Part shown: piece by piece, positions 34,940 to 46,098 of the stretch
Layout: each line of letters begins with the position of its first letter
Position numbering within the stretch: position 1 is the stretch's first letter
NCBI GenBank assembly: GCA_051047955.1
Contig: JBPGPT010000024.1
Coordinates: 124,001-188,000 of the forward strand
Length of the DNA: 64,000 bases
Direction: 5' to 3'
Source of the DNA: Cystobasidiomycetes sp. EMM_F5
Taxonomy: Eukaryota
Program-made: the position numbers and the translations under genes
The notes under the pieces: generated by a model
What the model was told of the DNA's origin: nothing
Database searches by the model: none
Seen by the model: only the letters and a program-made list of their open reading frames with translations

Positions 34940-37101
34940 TGCGAATAGCCTGGTGCGGACAAATTGTGGCCAGTGCTTGAGTGATCTGGTATGCATCTAA
35001 TTACGTCCTGTATCATCGGCGTTGTCGAGCACAATGACATCTTGAAGTCTGTGCAGCCGGCGGGTCCGCCTGTCTGCAGGACATGTTTGAAGATGACTTT
35101 CCTTTGCGCTAGAGATTTTGTAAAGACGTAGACTACTATCGGTGCGCGTACGGATCCTAGACAAAAGCTGGCTAACAAGCTGAGGGACATACACAAAAGA
35201 CAAACGCTCAATGTGCTGATATACGATCTGCCGTCGGGGCTTCTCAATGCACATATGCGGGATCTGCTTCTATCGTCGCCGCGGGTGATACGGTTGGCCA
35301 ATGTATGACGGCATTCCATGATAATAGCTTGGGTGCAGAGGGTGTGATGACCACAGCCATGGATGTGGCCATGGCCATTGCGGGGGTTGGCTGGGAAAAG
35401 GGTACGAAGGTGGCGGTCGTTGTCGCTGTCCTGTGAACCCTCCGCCATACTGTGGCCAACCCTGAGGTAGCGTCGGTCTCGCTGAACCTCTGCGTGCCGG
35501 CCTGCTCTGGAAACGTGCAGCAGAGATCTAACAAATTGCGAAGTCTGGTCCGGCATATCCCAAGGAAACGGCCCACTGTATCTATCGTCTTGCGGCCTGT
35601 TAAAATGACTCTGGGGCTGTCTTACGTCCCACTCGTCAGGCTTTCTCCCACCCCGATACTGCGATCTCTGGAAAGGTGGGTGCCCGCGATGCCCATGTCG
35701 ATCACCCCAAATAAAGGAATCAGGCGAGAGGGTTCGACCTTCATGCACTGTACCGACTTGCGGCCTGAAGCCGGTCTGGCGCGGGGTAAAATCAGTGTGT
35801 ACGCGCAGATTTGGCCGGTCGTTCATGACTTCTGGGTTAAGCCAAACATCATCACTGGCAGTAAGAGATGCGGCTTCTTTTGCCTTGCCTTTGTCCTGTC
35901 GTGGCTTACGCTCACTGGGACTGGGAGCCGAGCGCCCGCGTAGCTCATCGGACGGGTCGCTCATCCCCCCAGTCGAGGAGGGCGAGCTACTATACTTCGT
36001 AGATGACGCTGATGAGCCTTCATATGGGTTAGTCGACACAATGCGCCACATACGCGCGCGGACCATGGCGACACCTCCGTCACGAGCAGCGATCTCGTTA
36101 GAAGCGTCTATAAAACGATACCGCTCTGCCTGCGGTTTGGCAAAGACGAGTGCCCTCCCGTGCATGCCAACGATCCTGAAGTACTCTTTAGCTAGCTTCG
36201 CAGGTAGAAAGCCTATGTCCCAGATCGTAGAATCATCAGGTTGCAAATGTGAAGTGGCTATGGCAGCAGAAGACTGCCGAAGCACCACCCAATATCCGGC
36301 CGGTTCAGAGTCGCTTGTTGCGGTGTAACCTTGGGCGAAGAAGCTCGTGCTGGACGAAATGTATCGCTGTATATCGTGCGTGAGTACACGCCTGCTCACA
36401 CACGCCTGCTCATGAATAGGTGTACTTACCAGCTGGCTTTTGCGCTGCTTTCTGACGGAGTGTAGCATATATGCCCAGTCGGATCGTTCTTCATCCCACG
36501 TTTTTTGGAGAAGGACTTGTACTGCGGCTTCGTGACAATAATGCTCTCCTCGAAGCAAGGTAGGCAGTAGTCTCCTCGAACCAGCTGTGACAGCTGCACC
36601 AGTTGCAGTGATGCAACATGCTTGCCAAACGCCGGAAGATGATTGCAGCTTGACCACTCGAGCAACGATAGGCTTGTATTGCAGTGACTCAGCGCCTTGT
36701 GTCAATTCAACGTATCCAAAGGACTCTCCACGTTGAACAACACTTGCGAAGGGTGTCTCCCGGTAAACTCTACCTTCTCCATGTAGTAGAGCACTGAAAG
36801 AGATTTCGAGGTCGACGGCAGGTGTGACTGTCACTGAATACCAGCACCCAACCACTCCAACCACAGGTCTTCGAGACGAATGCCGGAATCTAGCCAACTG
36901 GAATGTACCTTCGGTGCTGCGGAGTAGTAAATGCACGTTGCGGTAATTCGACACTTGTAACTTGAGGTTGATGCTTCTGGATTGACGTCGAGGGCGAACG
37001 CGGTGGGATTCGGGGAGGCCTTCGTTGAGGATCTGTATACACTCATGCCATGTTTTGTCTGGCATCTTCAGTTGGGTTATTGGCGAAGGGAAGGCCTCCA
37101 T
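34777..37101 (-). CDS. Hypothetical protein, unrecognised family member C (in-frame intron 36367-36429; true 3' end uncertain)
   Basis: W.EC..IL..GLP..H, HLLLRSTEG.FQLA, GVVGCWY, ACCITATGA, VRKQ, STIWDI, RYRFID, VRARMW. Confidence 0.7.
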   Translation of the reverse strand: MEAFPSPITQLKMPDKTWHECIQILNEGLPESHRVRPRRQSRSINLKLQVSNYRNVHLLLRSTEGTFQLARFRHSSRRPVVGVVGCWYSVTVTPAVDLEISFSALLHGEGRVYRETPFASVVQRGESFGYVELTQGAESLQYKPIVARVVKLQSSSGVWQACCITATGAAVTAGSRRLLPTLLRGEHYCHEAAVQVLLQKTWDEERSDWAYMLHSVRKQRKSQLVSTPIHEQACVSRRVLTHDIQRYISSSTSFFAQGYTATSDSEPAGYWVVLRQSSAAIATSHLQPDDSTIWDIGFLPAKLAKEYFRIVGMHGRALVFAKPQAERYRFIDASNEIAARDGGVAMVRARMWRIVSTNPYEGSSASSTKYSSSPSSTGGMSDPSDELRGRSAPSPSERKPRQDKGKAKEAASLTASDDVWLNPEVMNDRPNLRVHTDFTPRQTGFRPQVGTVHEGRTLSPDSFIWGDRHGHRGHPPFQRSQYRGGRKPDEWDVRQPQSHFNRPQDDRYSGPFPWDMPDQTSQFVRSLLHVSRAGRHAEVQRDRRYLRVGHSMAEGSQDSDNDRHLRTLFPANPRNGHGHIHGCGHHTLCTQAIIMECRHTLANRITRGDDRSRSRICALRSPDGRSYISTLSVCLLCMSLSLLASFCLGSVRAPIVVYVFTKSLAQRKVIFKHVLQTGGPAGCTDFKMSLCSTTPMIQDVIRCIPDHSSTGHNLSAPGYSHHRREFPSGIPPGFPISPALRNKNHKSTANVKWRNATPRMSILAALLCAAESIG

Positions 37102-37549
37102 CGAGCAGACGCTGAAGCTTATGTGGAGATAGGTCAGTTGCAGATGTAGAAACCGTCAAGGCGATGCGTGCCTGCGATATCGGTGATGGCTGTTCACGTC
37201 ACACGTGAGACACGTCAGAATCGTCAGTACCGTGCGTCAGTGTGACAGGGCATGCTGCTGTTGGAGAGGCAAGTGGACGCATTACGCATATTCCGCTGTG
37301 TCCAGCTTCTAGACTCGTCGAGCTGAATTGGTGTGTGGTGCGAAATGCAAACGCGAGTATCCGGGTCCATGCCTAGTGAGATCCATACTGCTGTCGAGAT
37401 GTCAAAGCAAGACATTCTTAGCATTGCCGCTGCTGACCGGCGAGGTTGGTGTTGTCAGAAAGGCATCTTGGTCGTGATAAAACACAAGCCGTGAGTGGAA
37501 GTGGTGAACGGCAGGTCGTCTGCGAGTTAAAAGTATGCATCGATAGTAG

Positions 37550-39376
37550 CTACAACAACAAACTATGCATGGGATATCCAATGTCTTCTGCTTTGGCGGA
37601 TACTTCAGAGCCATCCCGCTCACGATCCAGCGTCTTTTTGCCCTTGCCCCGCCTGCGCACAAAGCTCTCGTACGTACAAGATTCGCTGGCTTGGATAAAG
37701 AGGGCAGCCTCTTCAGGGGTCGCGTCCGAGTTGAGCTTGATATGCTTCTCGATACAGGACGTGCAAGGTGTTTTGCCATCACCTGAAATACAATTGTCGT
37801 TAGTACGCGCCCACGGCAGAAACATGGACAAGCAATACTTACATCGCAACCGCGTCTTGCGACAAGCCGCACAGGCAATCTTGCACCGAGCTACTCGCGG
37901 CTTTTGCTCTGATGTATCAGGCGATTCTGTCGCTTGCGCAGAAGGCGAATTTGATTTCCGATCTACCTTCTTTGATCGCTTCGCACCTGGGCTGCTAGAT
38001 GGTGATTGATACGGCAACCTCTTACCAGTCTTGAACGGTCGCGCATACGGTATGTAAGGTGTAGAATACTCGACAGACAGGGCTGGAGGGTGATAGTCTC
38101 TGCCGTCTGGGTGATCAAAGTAGGACTTCGGAGACGACTCGCGAAAGTCCGTTGAGGAAACAGATGGCATAGTCGCGGTACCAGCATAGACAGGCGACGC
38201 AACGTACGTCGTAGTAGCGGCATTCATCGAAGCGGGCGGGAACGCGGTGGTCGAGGGAGGCTGAGGTGTCGACCAACCTCGTGACGACAGGAATCGAGCA
38301 TCTTGTCTGCCCATCATTGGCGTGGTTGGCGCGGAGTGCGGAGCCGATGAAGGCAATTGCGGACTAAGGCCTACGAATGTCGATTTGGGGGGAAGATATG
38401 CAGAACTTGGGATGAAAGTCGAATGGGATGTCGTATGCGTTGTCGTTGACAAAGACTGATATGCAAGTTGAAAGTTTGGAGACGGTGACGACATCGATGC
38501 ATATTGATCGTTCGTATGCGATGATTTTGGTGGTAGCGGCACACTATGGCCGTGATTGCTCAGCGGGTGATAAATGGGGGCGGTGGAGCAGTAGGAAGGA
38601 ACGGGTGCCGGCAAAGAGGATGAATGTGTCGGTACTGGCGGAAAATGGAGGTACGGCTGCTGAGTGTGGTGGTAGCCATGGTCGACCGTGCTCATTCGGT
38701 GGTCAGAAGCTCTGCTACCCTCGGTGAGACCAATATTGGCATCATAATCCGAATATTCACGAGGATTACTGTAGCTGCTTAGCGAGATAGTCGGGACCCC
38801 CGCTACCCGTTCTGCAAAGCTCGCGACCGATTCCGATCCTGAAAGACCTTGATGAGCAGGCATGGGCGATGAGTAAGCTGAACCTTGCTCCTGATACGGC
38901 GTAGTGGGATATGCATGCGAATTCTGATAAGCATCGTACGGCGTAGAAGGGCCGCTGACAACAGCGGTGTTTGTCCCGTCCTGGGACATGTGCATTCCCA
39001 TCGGGTACATTTGCATTAAAGCAGAGGAAGGAGATGGGGTGCTTGGAAATGAGGACGTTGACGGTTGCAGATATGAGGTTGTCGCCATGGGAGGAAAGCG
39101 GTAGGTGGGCAATTCCATATAGGCTCGTTCATCTTCTGCAGGATGTTGAGCAGCGATCTCCTGCCCTAGGTCTACTTGCTGCACTTGCATAATTGCATCT
39201 GGAGACGAGGCTTTGTCCGTTCCCTGCATAGGGAGCCGCTTCGTAGCCTTGTGAGAGGAGAAGCCTGGCGAGTGAACGACGCTTGATGACGAGGGAGGCG
39301 AGGAACTTGAGGAGAAAGATATGGTCGGTGTAGGACTATGGCCGCTGGAGCCTGACGCGGAAGGATGCGTCTGCAT
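37550..39376 (-). CDS. Zn(II)2Cys6 fungal transcription factor with C-terminal zinc cluster
   Basis: IACAACRKTRLRC|DGKTPCTSC...CTY..VRRRGKGKK after removing an in-frame GTAAGT..CAG intron (about 37783-37842); long S/P/T-rich N-terminus. Confidence 0.88.
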   Translation of the reverse strand: MQTHPSASGSSGHSPTPTISFSSSSSPPSSSSVVHSPGFSSHKATKRLPMQGTDKASSPDAIMQVQQVDLGQEIAAQHPAEDERAYMELPTYRFPPMATTSYLQPSTSSFPSTPSPSSALMQMYPMGMHMSQDGTNTAVVSGPSTPYDAYQNSHAYPTTPYQEQGSAYSSPMPAHQGLSGSESVASFAERVAGVPTISLSSYSNPREYSDYDANIGLTEGSRASDHRMSTVDHGYHHTQQPYLHFPPVPTHSSSLPAPVPSYCSTAPIYHPLSNHGHSVPLPPKSSHTNDQYASMSSPSPNFQLAYQSLSTTTHTTSHSTFIPSSAYLPPKSTFVGLSPQLPSSAPHSAPTTPMMGRQDARFLSSRGWSTPQPPSTTAFPPASMNAATTTYVASPVYAGTATMPSVSSTDFRESSPKSYFDHPDGRDYHPPALSVEYSTPYIPYARPFKTGKRLPYQSPSSSPGAKRSKKVDRKSNSPSAQATESPDTSEQKPRVARCKIACAACRKTRLRCKYCLSMFLPWARTNDNCISGDGKTPCTSCIEKHIKLNSDATPEEAALFIQASESCTYESFVRRRGKGKKTLDRERDGSEVSAKAEDIGYPMHSLLL

Positions 39377-41930
39377 CAGCGTCAGACGTCAAACCTCTTG
39401 TAGGTTTGCTACAAGGCGGTGGTTGAATTCGTATTGTGGTGCCCGCAAGCACACTGAGTGATATCGGAATCGCTAATTCTTGTTGAAACGGCTTTGACGA
39501 AGGCCCAGCGAAGGCTAAGGTGCGACAGCACAGAACACGCCGGATTCGGAAACTTTTGGGGGAGCTTGTAATGACCGCTGCTTGTAGAGAAGTAGCTATA
39601 TAGATCGCAGTCAGGATAACATGATTCAAGAATGGTCAGTAGAGTGACAGAGAAAGTTGGCGCTCCTTATGCAGAAAGGTCTTCGACAGGCATTACCGCA
39701 AAAAGGGCGGCAGGGCGGGCTCACTCACCGAAAATGATGAGTGCGTCGACTTCCCGTCTTTGGCAGGTGATCGACTTTTTTGCCACCACTTTGCCCTGAA
39801 GGCTGGTAACCCCGCGTAAAGAGCTCTTGTGTTGCCTCGCTCGCCGATAATGCGGAGAGGTTGACTACCTGCTGCTTGAATGATGCTTGCAGATACGGAC
39901 TTCGAAGTGTTTTGTTCGCGGCTGATGGTCAATTATTCGAGAGAGTCGAACGACTGGCAGAGATCGTCGAGAAACGGAGGAGTACAGGAAAAACCTCGCT
40001 CAGACGTGTATCGACTGGATGTCTTTCTGATGCGTATACTCCGACCGCTCGGACCGTGAGTTTGAAGCTGTTCGCAAGGCGGTGCGTTGGCGAGATCCGC
40101 CAAGGTATTAGGTGCGTCTAGGCTTGCAGGTACTGCTGGAGTCTAGCCTTTCAAACAGAGCACACTTTGTGATTGTCAACGTTGACCGAGCATTAGCATT
40201 GGTGACCTCTAGCCCTCTTAGCTGTTGACTAGCGCTTTGCATAAACAAGGGACGCGCTTAGCCGGAATAGGCAGGGGAGATGAAGGGACGAGCGAAGGCG
40301 CTTATTGCATCGGTGCGCACGGAGGGTCTTTGCTTGCAACCACAGCGCTGTCAGTATATCCTGACACTTCATCTGATCTCGACTTCAGCCATTCTATGAT
40401 CCTCTTGCAGTGCAAGTGTGCCTTGAAGTCGCGTACACCTATCAGGCACTGACACGCGAGCTGCATGATGGACAGAGGCGGAGTTTCCATAATTTTCAGC
40501 GGTGCAATCAGAACTTAACGCCGGGCTGTTGTTCCAGCTGGAGCGAGGATGCGATGTCGATGATGCGCGTTTGCGCTGCGACGTATGACATTTTCATTTT
40601 CAGGCGGAAGAGCAGGACCATCCTTCAGCAGGATTATTGAGACAGCGGAAGTCGGAGGGAGACCCGCATCACTGGCATAGACATCGTCAGGCTTTACTTC
40701 TCTGCCGGCGTTTGGCTGTGCATTTTGAATTGACTGGAAAGTGCGAGTTTGGCAAAGCGGCCACTGAAGCTAATTCGAGGCAGCCGTCACTGAACCTGAA
40801 CTAATCGGTCATCAGCAGCCTTTGCAGCAAGCAGTAGCCAATTATAACAACTTCTTACGCTCCTTCCAGCCGCATTTCAAGTCGAACGTAAATGTGAGCA
40901 GATTTTTCAAATTTGGTTTTCAGCGGGTCGATGGTAGCATTTACGCGGTTCTGACCATCGAACAGCAGCAAAGACGCCTGCTATCAGCTCTTGAAGGCAG
41001 TCGTCAGCCGCAACCCGTCCACGATGACAGACTTCACGAAACAATCCTTCTTTTATAAGTTTACGATCTCTGTCCGGCCGGTTTGATCTGACAGCTTGCA
41101 ACAGCGAGTCCATGCAGTCGGCTGGATACGCATTCCCTTCATGAACATAGACAACCCAGGCGAAATATTCCTTCTCTTTGTGCCAACTATGCGATGCCCA
41201 CAAAATTGGCCATCGAGACAGAATGCTGACTGTCATGACTGAAGAACCTTCTTTTCGCATACACAACACTGAAAGCTGGTCTGGGGATGGACCAGGCCTG
41301 CCACGGAGTGTCGATGAGTACCACCTATGGCAAGCAGGTCGGCCACTTGAACGGCGTGGGTTCTTCTAGGGTTGCACAAGCCCGTCAGAACTCGGCACGG
41401 CAATGCAATTGCATTCGTAATCACGTATTCCAATACAGTACGCAGGCTGGTGCCTCTGCAAGTCTGTTTCATCGTCAATGAGGATATCAGCTGCACATTA
41501 CATACGGAAAAAATGATCCCATGAACCACGAAGGTCAGCGATGTTTCAATACAATGCTAGCAATCCCAACACGTTGTCGAGACACGGCCATTGTAGTGGT
41601 TAGATTATCCGACGCACCTTGTAATGCAAGTCACAATTTCTAGAATAATCAGTCCCAGTCCTTAGATCAGACGTCAGACTTTGACCGGGTTGACCTTCTT
41701 TGCAAACCACGTCGACATATCAAACGCAGCCTACGTCGGGTAAGGTCAGCACGCTCATGGCCCAACCAATTCTGCATTCTGACGCGAATGGCCATTATGC
41801 GGTCTCCAGGCTAAAATACCAAACATACTATTCGCAACCACCTCGACAGTCACATACGTTGCTGCCTTCTGAGCACATCCAATACCAAAACTCCAGTCAC
41901 AGACTCTGCACATAAAACAGCCTAGAGAAC

Positions 41931-43749
41931 ATGTCTGGACTGTCAGCCGGGCTCAAGAACTGGCACTGGCGCAGCAAGGGCACAAAACCATGGGCTGAGC
42001 AGTGGTTCAAGGATCAGCTGACTACGGTGTCGACATCAAAGACGAGAATTACTGGCGTCAAAGAGGTGGAGGGAGATTCGGATCTCGGTATGCGCAAGAG
42101 CAAGGTACGTTACTTCACGCTCCATTCTCGTATGCCGCCAGCAGGAAAACTCATGCTTGGCTCATTCACACCCAGCTCGTTACCATCTACGACCTGAAGG
42201 TTGTCTGCGAATGGGAAGGCAATCTCGCAGACGGTACCGTCGTAAAGGGCACGTTGACAGCCCTAGAAGTCGAGCACGACATGGATGAAGACGAATACAA
42301 ATTCGAAAGTGCATTCGACGACGAGAGTGCACATGGCTCAAATACAGAAGCTCTCGCGCTGAAAGAAGATGCCCGCAAAGGTCTGGCAGACAAGTTGAGA
42401 CCCAAGTTTCAGCAATTCCCCAAAGCAATGATAGAAGTACACGGGAAGGATCTTTTGGCAGAGGCTGAAAACGGAACGCCCTCAGGCAGCGGTACTTCTA
42501 CCCCGGCCGCTGCCCCATCTGCCCCGAGTGCTCCGGCTGCATTGTCGGGAACGGCTACATCGACAACGACAACACAGAAGAAAGCCACTAGCAAGAGAAT
42601 ATCTACAGCAACAGTTCGAGCGGAATCGGAGTTCCAGATTGTGCGCGAAGTGTCAGGCACATTTGTCGAACGGCAAGCTGATGATACTGTTCCTTTTCGT
42701 TTTGCCGTCAATGTCCCCTCAGACTGCAGCGGATCTCTTTGACCTCCTCACAAACTCGCAAAAAGTACCGACTTGGTCTCGCAACCCCGCAATAATCAAG
42801 CCTGAGGTTGGATCACCCGTACAGCTTTTCGGTTCGTCACGGGGAGGCCTCTACATGCGACAATTTAGGGTAACTTGCTGATTTTGATACGATGTTACCA
42901 GGCGGAAATATCGTCGGCAAAGTCACGTCCGTCGACCCGCCGAAACGTTTTGTCCAGACTTGGCGTGCACCGCAGTGGCCAGAAAACCATTTCGGCACAT
43001 TGACTATCGGATTCGACCAAGGTTCCAGCTCGACCAAGCTCTCACTAGAGCTGGAAGGAGTCCCCGTTGGAAAGGAAGACGAGACGGAAAAGGGTCTTGA
43101 CATTTATTATATTCGGTCTTTGAAAGTGAGTTTAGCTCGTTTGACATTTCATCCAGCCCTCTCCGCGATGTTACTGACATACGGCGTGTGCTTGTTTGTC
43201 GCAGCAAATCGGGTCAGTACTAGTTTCTGATGAAGATGACTTTGAAGTCGCCGCCGCTACCGCTTTCAAACGCCTCTCCAATGCTCCTCTCCATCCCTGG
43301 GCCTTGCCAGGCTTCAGACCTACTCCTGCTCCATCTTCCACTCAGCCACGGCGCTTCGATGTCATAAAAGCTACGTCTGCCGTCGCCTCTGTGCTTGTGC
43401 CAGCCGGCCTGGTGGCCATCTTTGCGTGGCTGCTCTATCGAGGCCCAACCTTTCAGAAGTGACTGTAACGGGCGTGAGGTTGTTTTCCCGCTAGGCAATT
43501 GCCGGGAAATATGGCTTTACCGCGAGCTGCACTCTATGAACCGAGTGTAGCTGGGAATGGATTTGCAAAAGGCTGAAGTCCGGCAAACACCCACTTGAAA
43601 GCTTGTCGATCACGCTGTTCAGAGCGAAGCCCCTCCAAGACAAGCGCGGCATGCACTTCAAATCTAGGTCGAAGAGCTATTCTGACATTGTGCGTTCTCC
43701 TTCCCCTTTTCCGCATTCCCACTTTGACAGGTTGGGCACAATGCTATAG
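41931..43749 (+). CDS. AHA1: Activator of Hsp90 ATPase Aha1 (multi-exon; soluble isoform ends QIGLGTML* at 43749, alternative TM isoform ends at 43462)
   Basis: NWHW motif, VEGDSDLGMRKSK|LVTIYD, START-like C-domain LFGGNIVGK..FVQTWRAPQWPENH, GVPVG, YYIRSLK. Confidence 0.93.
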
Positions 43750-43981
43750 CCGTACGAGAATAATTAACCGCACTGCAACGCGCCTCATCGCATTCGGTCA
43801 CGGTCAAGTCGTGTCAAGAGCAAGCTGGGTCTGAATTCGCAAATGCCAATTCTTCGAAAGTAAAGGTATAGACTACTAGAGTGCTATGGAAGACGGTTTA
43901 CGAGGGCTGTTGTTACGACAAAGGAAGACCACAACGAGTCATCAGCCTCTTTGGCATTACCGGTAGTTGATTACGGCCCGC

Positions 43982-45111
43982 TTAAGCCTTCTTCGCGCGT
44001 TTCTGCTTCTTTGCCGGTGGAGCTGCCTCGACGTGCGAATCCTTCTTACCGCCAAAGAGCTTCTTCTGCATTGCCTCGAACTCTTCTTCCGTAGGTTCAG
44101 CTTCTACAGCCTTTGCTCCTCTCTTATTGGCACCCTTCTTGCCCTTGGTTTCGGTTGCACCGTTGCCATACCGACTCTCCAGACTCTCTATCAAGGCTCC
44201 CATCCTGTTCTCCTTCTGGTTGCGAGACTGTATCAAGGCTTTGAGAGCGTCCTCATCAACACCATCTTCGTTGACCTTGCCCTTCTTGCCTCCCTTCTTT
44301 GCGGAGGAAGCCTTGTCGCCCTTCTTTGAACCGTAGAGCTTGTCGTGTATCCCCATCTCCTTTGCCATCTCTTCAGCTTCCTTTGCTTCTGACTCTGCAG
44401 CAGCTTTGCGCTTCTGTCGTCCTTTGGTGTCCTTCACGTCCTTTTTCCACTGGGGTGTAGATTTGAGATCTCCAGCCTTTATAGCTGATTGTACAATCTC
44501 GATGAAGCGTTCCTCGTCTTCTAGCACGTTTGAGCACATTACATTTTCGAAAAGCGCATCTAGGGAACCTTCGCTGTTTGTATATGCTTCGAGGATATGT
44601 GTACGTTCTTCATCGGACCCTGCATAGCGTCCCAAGTGTATTGAGCGACGGGTCGGACTCCTGATGCATTGTCGTAGCGTTACGTACCCTTGTACTCCAT
44701 GCGGAACTCGTCGAGCGTCTGGCCGTTCACTTCACCACTCCAGAGCTCCTTGAAATAGGCATTCCAGTCGGCCTCGCCATCAAACATACTCTCATCCGTG
44801 CGCCCAGTATTGTCATACTTTTTGCGCCGCTTTTCGTCGTTAAGCACAGTATACGCGAAGCCAATTTGATGGAATTTCTGCGTGTTCTCCTCGGATGCGC
44901 CGACCTTGTCAGGATGGTACTGGAGGGCCAGCTTGCGATACGCCTTCTTGATCTGCGAATACATCGTTAGTCGTGATATGGGAGAGCTCGGATATATTTC
45001 GTAGCCCACTTCGTCGACTGTCGCCTTGTCGGTCACTCCAAGCGCCGCGTACAAATCTGGCTCCTCATCGTCTGGGAAAAAGGAGTAGATGGGATCCTTT
45101 TCGTCGTTCAT
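43982..45111 (-). CDS. DnaJ-domain protein, DNAJC9-like (multi-exon)
   Basis: DLYAALGV, IKKAYRKLALQYHPDK, YTVLND..RRKKYD.TG, W..YF, Y.GSDEE, DEERF..I, EAKEAEE.AKE.G, L.ALI..R. Confidence 0.92.
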
Positions 45112-45346
45112 GGTTTGGTCAGGACTGGCTGGGTTGACTGCGGTCTCCAAATTGCACTGGCGCCTGCAATCTTGTCGGAGCAGAACAGACCCGTGCAAAT
45201 TGTCAACAAACGCGTCCAGGGACCGTGGCAAAAGTGTGGAGCGCGTAGAGGGGCAACAGAGCCACGATGCAAAACATACAACATGCACGAATGGCTACGA
45301 GGATACAGTAGAAAATGTCGAGGCCTACTCAAAGGCGGTGGCTAGA

Positions 45347-45813
45347 TTAGCAGTACTGTACGTCCCCTTCAATCTTGGCCGGAGCATTGCAGTAAACCTC
45401 ATTGAGATTGCCATTGTCTGAGCAGCATGGCGCAGGTCTAGATGATGCACCGTATAGCTGAAGGGCCGGTAAGTGAGCATAGCGCGTCAAATGCCAGTCA
45501 ATGTATGCATTTGTGAAGGCACCCACTAAGCAAGATGTACCCGCAGTGAAAGGATCCTGTATCCAACCATTGGCAGGACTGCACACCCAGATGGACGATC
45601 TGTCACTGCCACAGCGTCTGAGAGTGTGTCAGTGGGGTCAGCAGAATAGGGTGCAGAAGCAGGATTACTGGCTCACTTCATTCCCGCTTGACCTTCAGCG
45701 GCAGGTGTCTCACAGGCGATGGAGGGATGCTGAGCAATATCTGTAACGGGCGTGAGGTCGTCACTCCGGACTCCGAGTAGCATAAACATTGCAACGGCAA
45801 GATGAGCGAGCAT
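45347..45813 (-). CDS. Small secreted cysteine-rich protein (8 Cys, 3 exons), copy 1
   Basis: Spliced: MLAHLAVAMFMLLGVRS-DDLTPVTDIAQHPSIACETPAAEGQAGMKRCGSDRSSIWVCSPANGWIQDPFTAGTSCLLYGASSRPAPCCSDNGNLNEVYCNAPAKIEGDVQYC*. Confidence 0.82.
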
Positions 45814-46098
45814 GCTGTTTTCCAGGAGTATGGTAAGGAAGCTGAATAACAAAGTCCTGCGCTTATAAACAGTCAGGACAGTACCGGTATAGTCAATGTA
45901 TAAACACTGGAAGCAGGGAAAAGTCAGTCTAGTATGGATGGTTGCCGACGGTCATCGTACTTCGACCGCGCTCCGGGACAAAGGCATTCGGGAAGAGAAG
46001 CGATACTGCTGGGTACTTCAGTATGGTTATAGAGGCACAAAGTGGAGCCACAAAACACGCGCGGATAGAGTTACAGCAGAGAAAGTAACGGCTGCCAT

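Noticed and set aside
40907..41529. Possible small spliced gene on the minus strand (ORFs 40907-41269 and 41233-41529, intron-like signals)
   Set aside because: No coherent start-to-stop model or recognisable motif could be assembled.
41586..41680. tRNA-like TAGTGGTTAG D-arm motif
   Set aside because: No T-loop GTTCRA and no acceptor stem could be formed.
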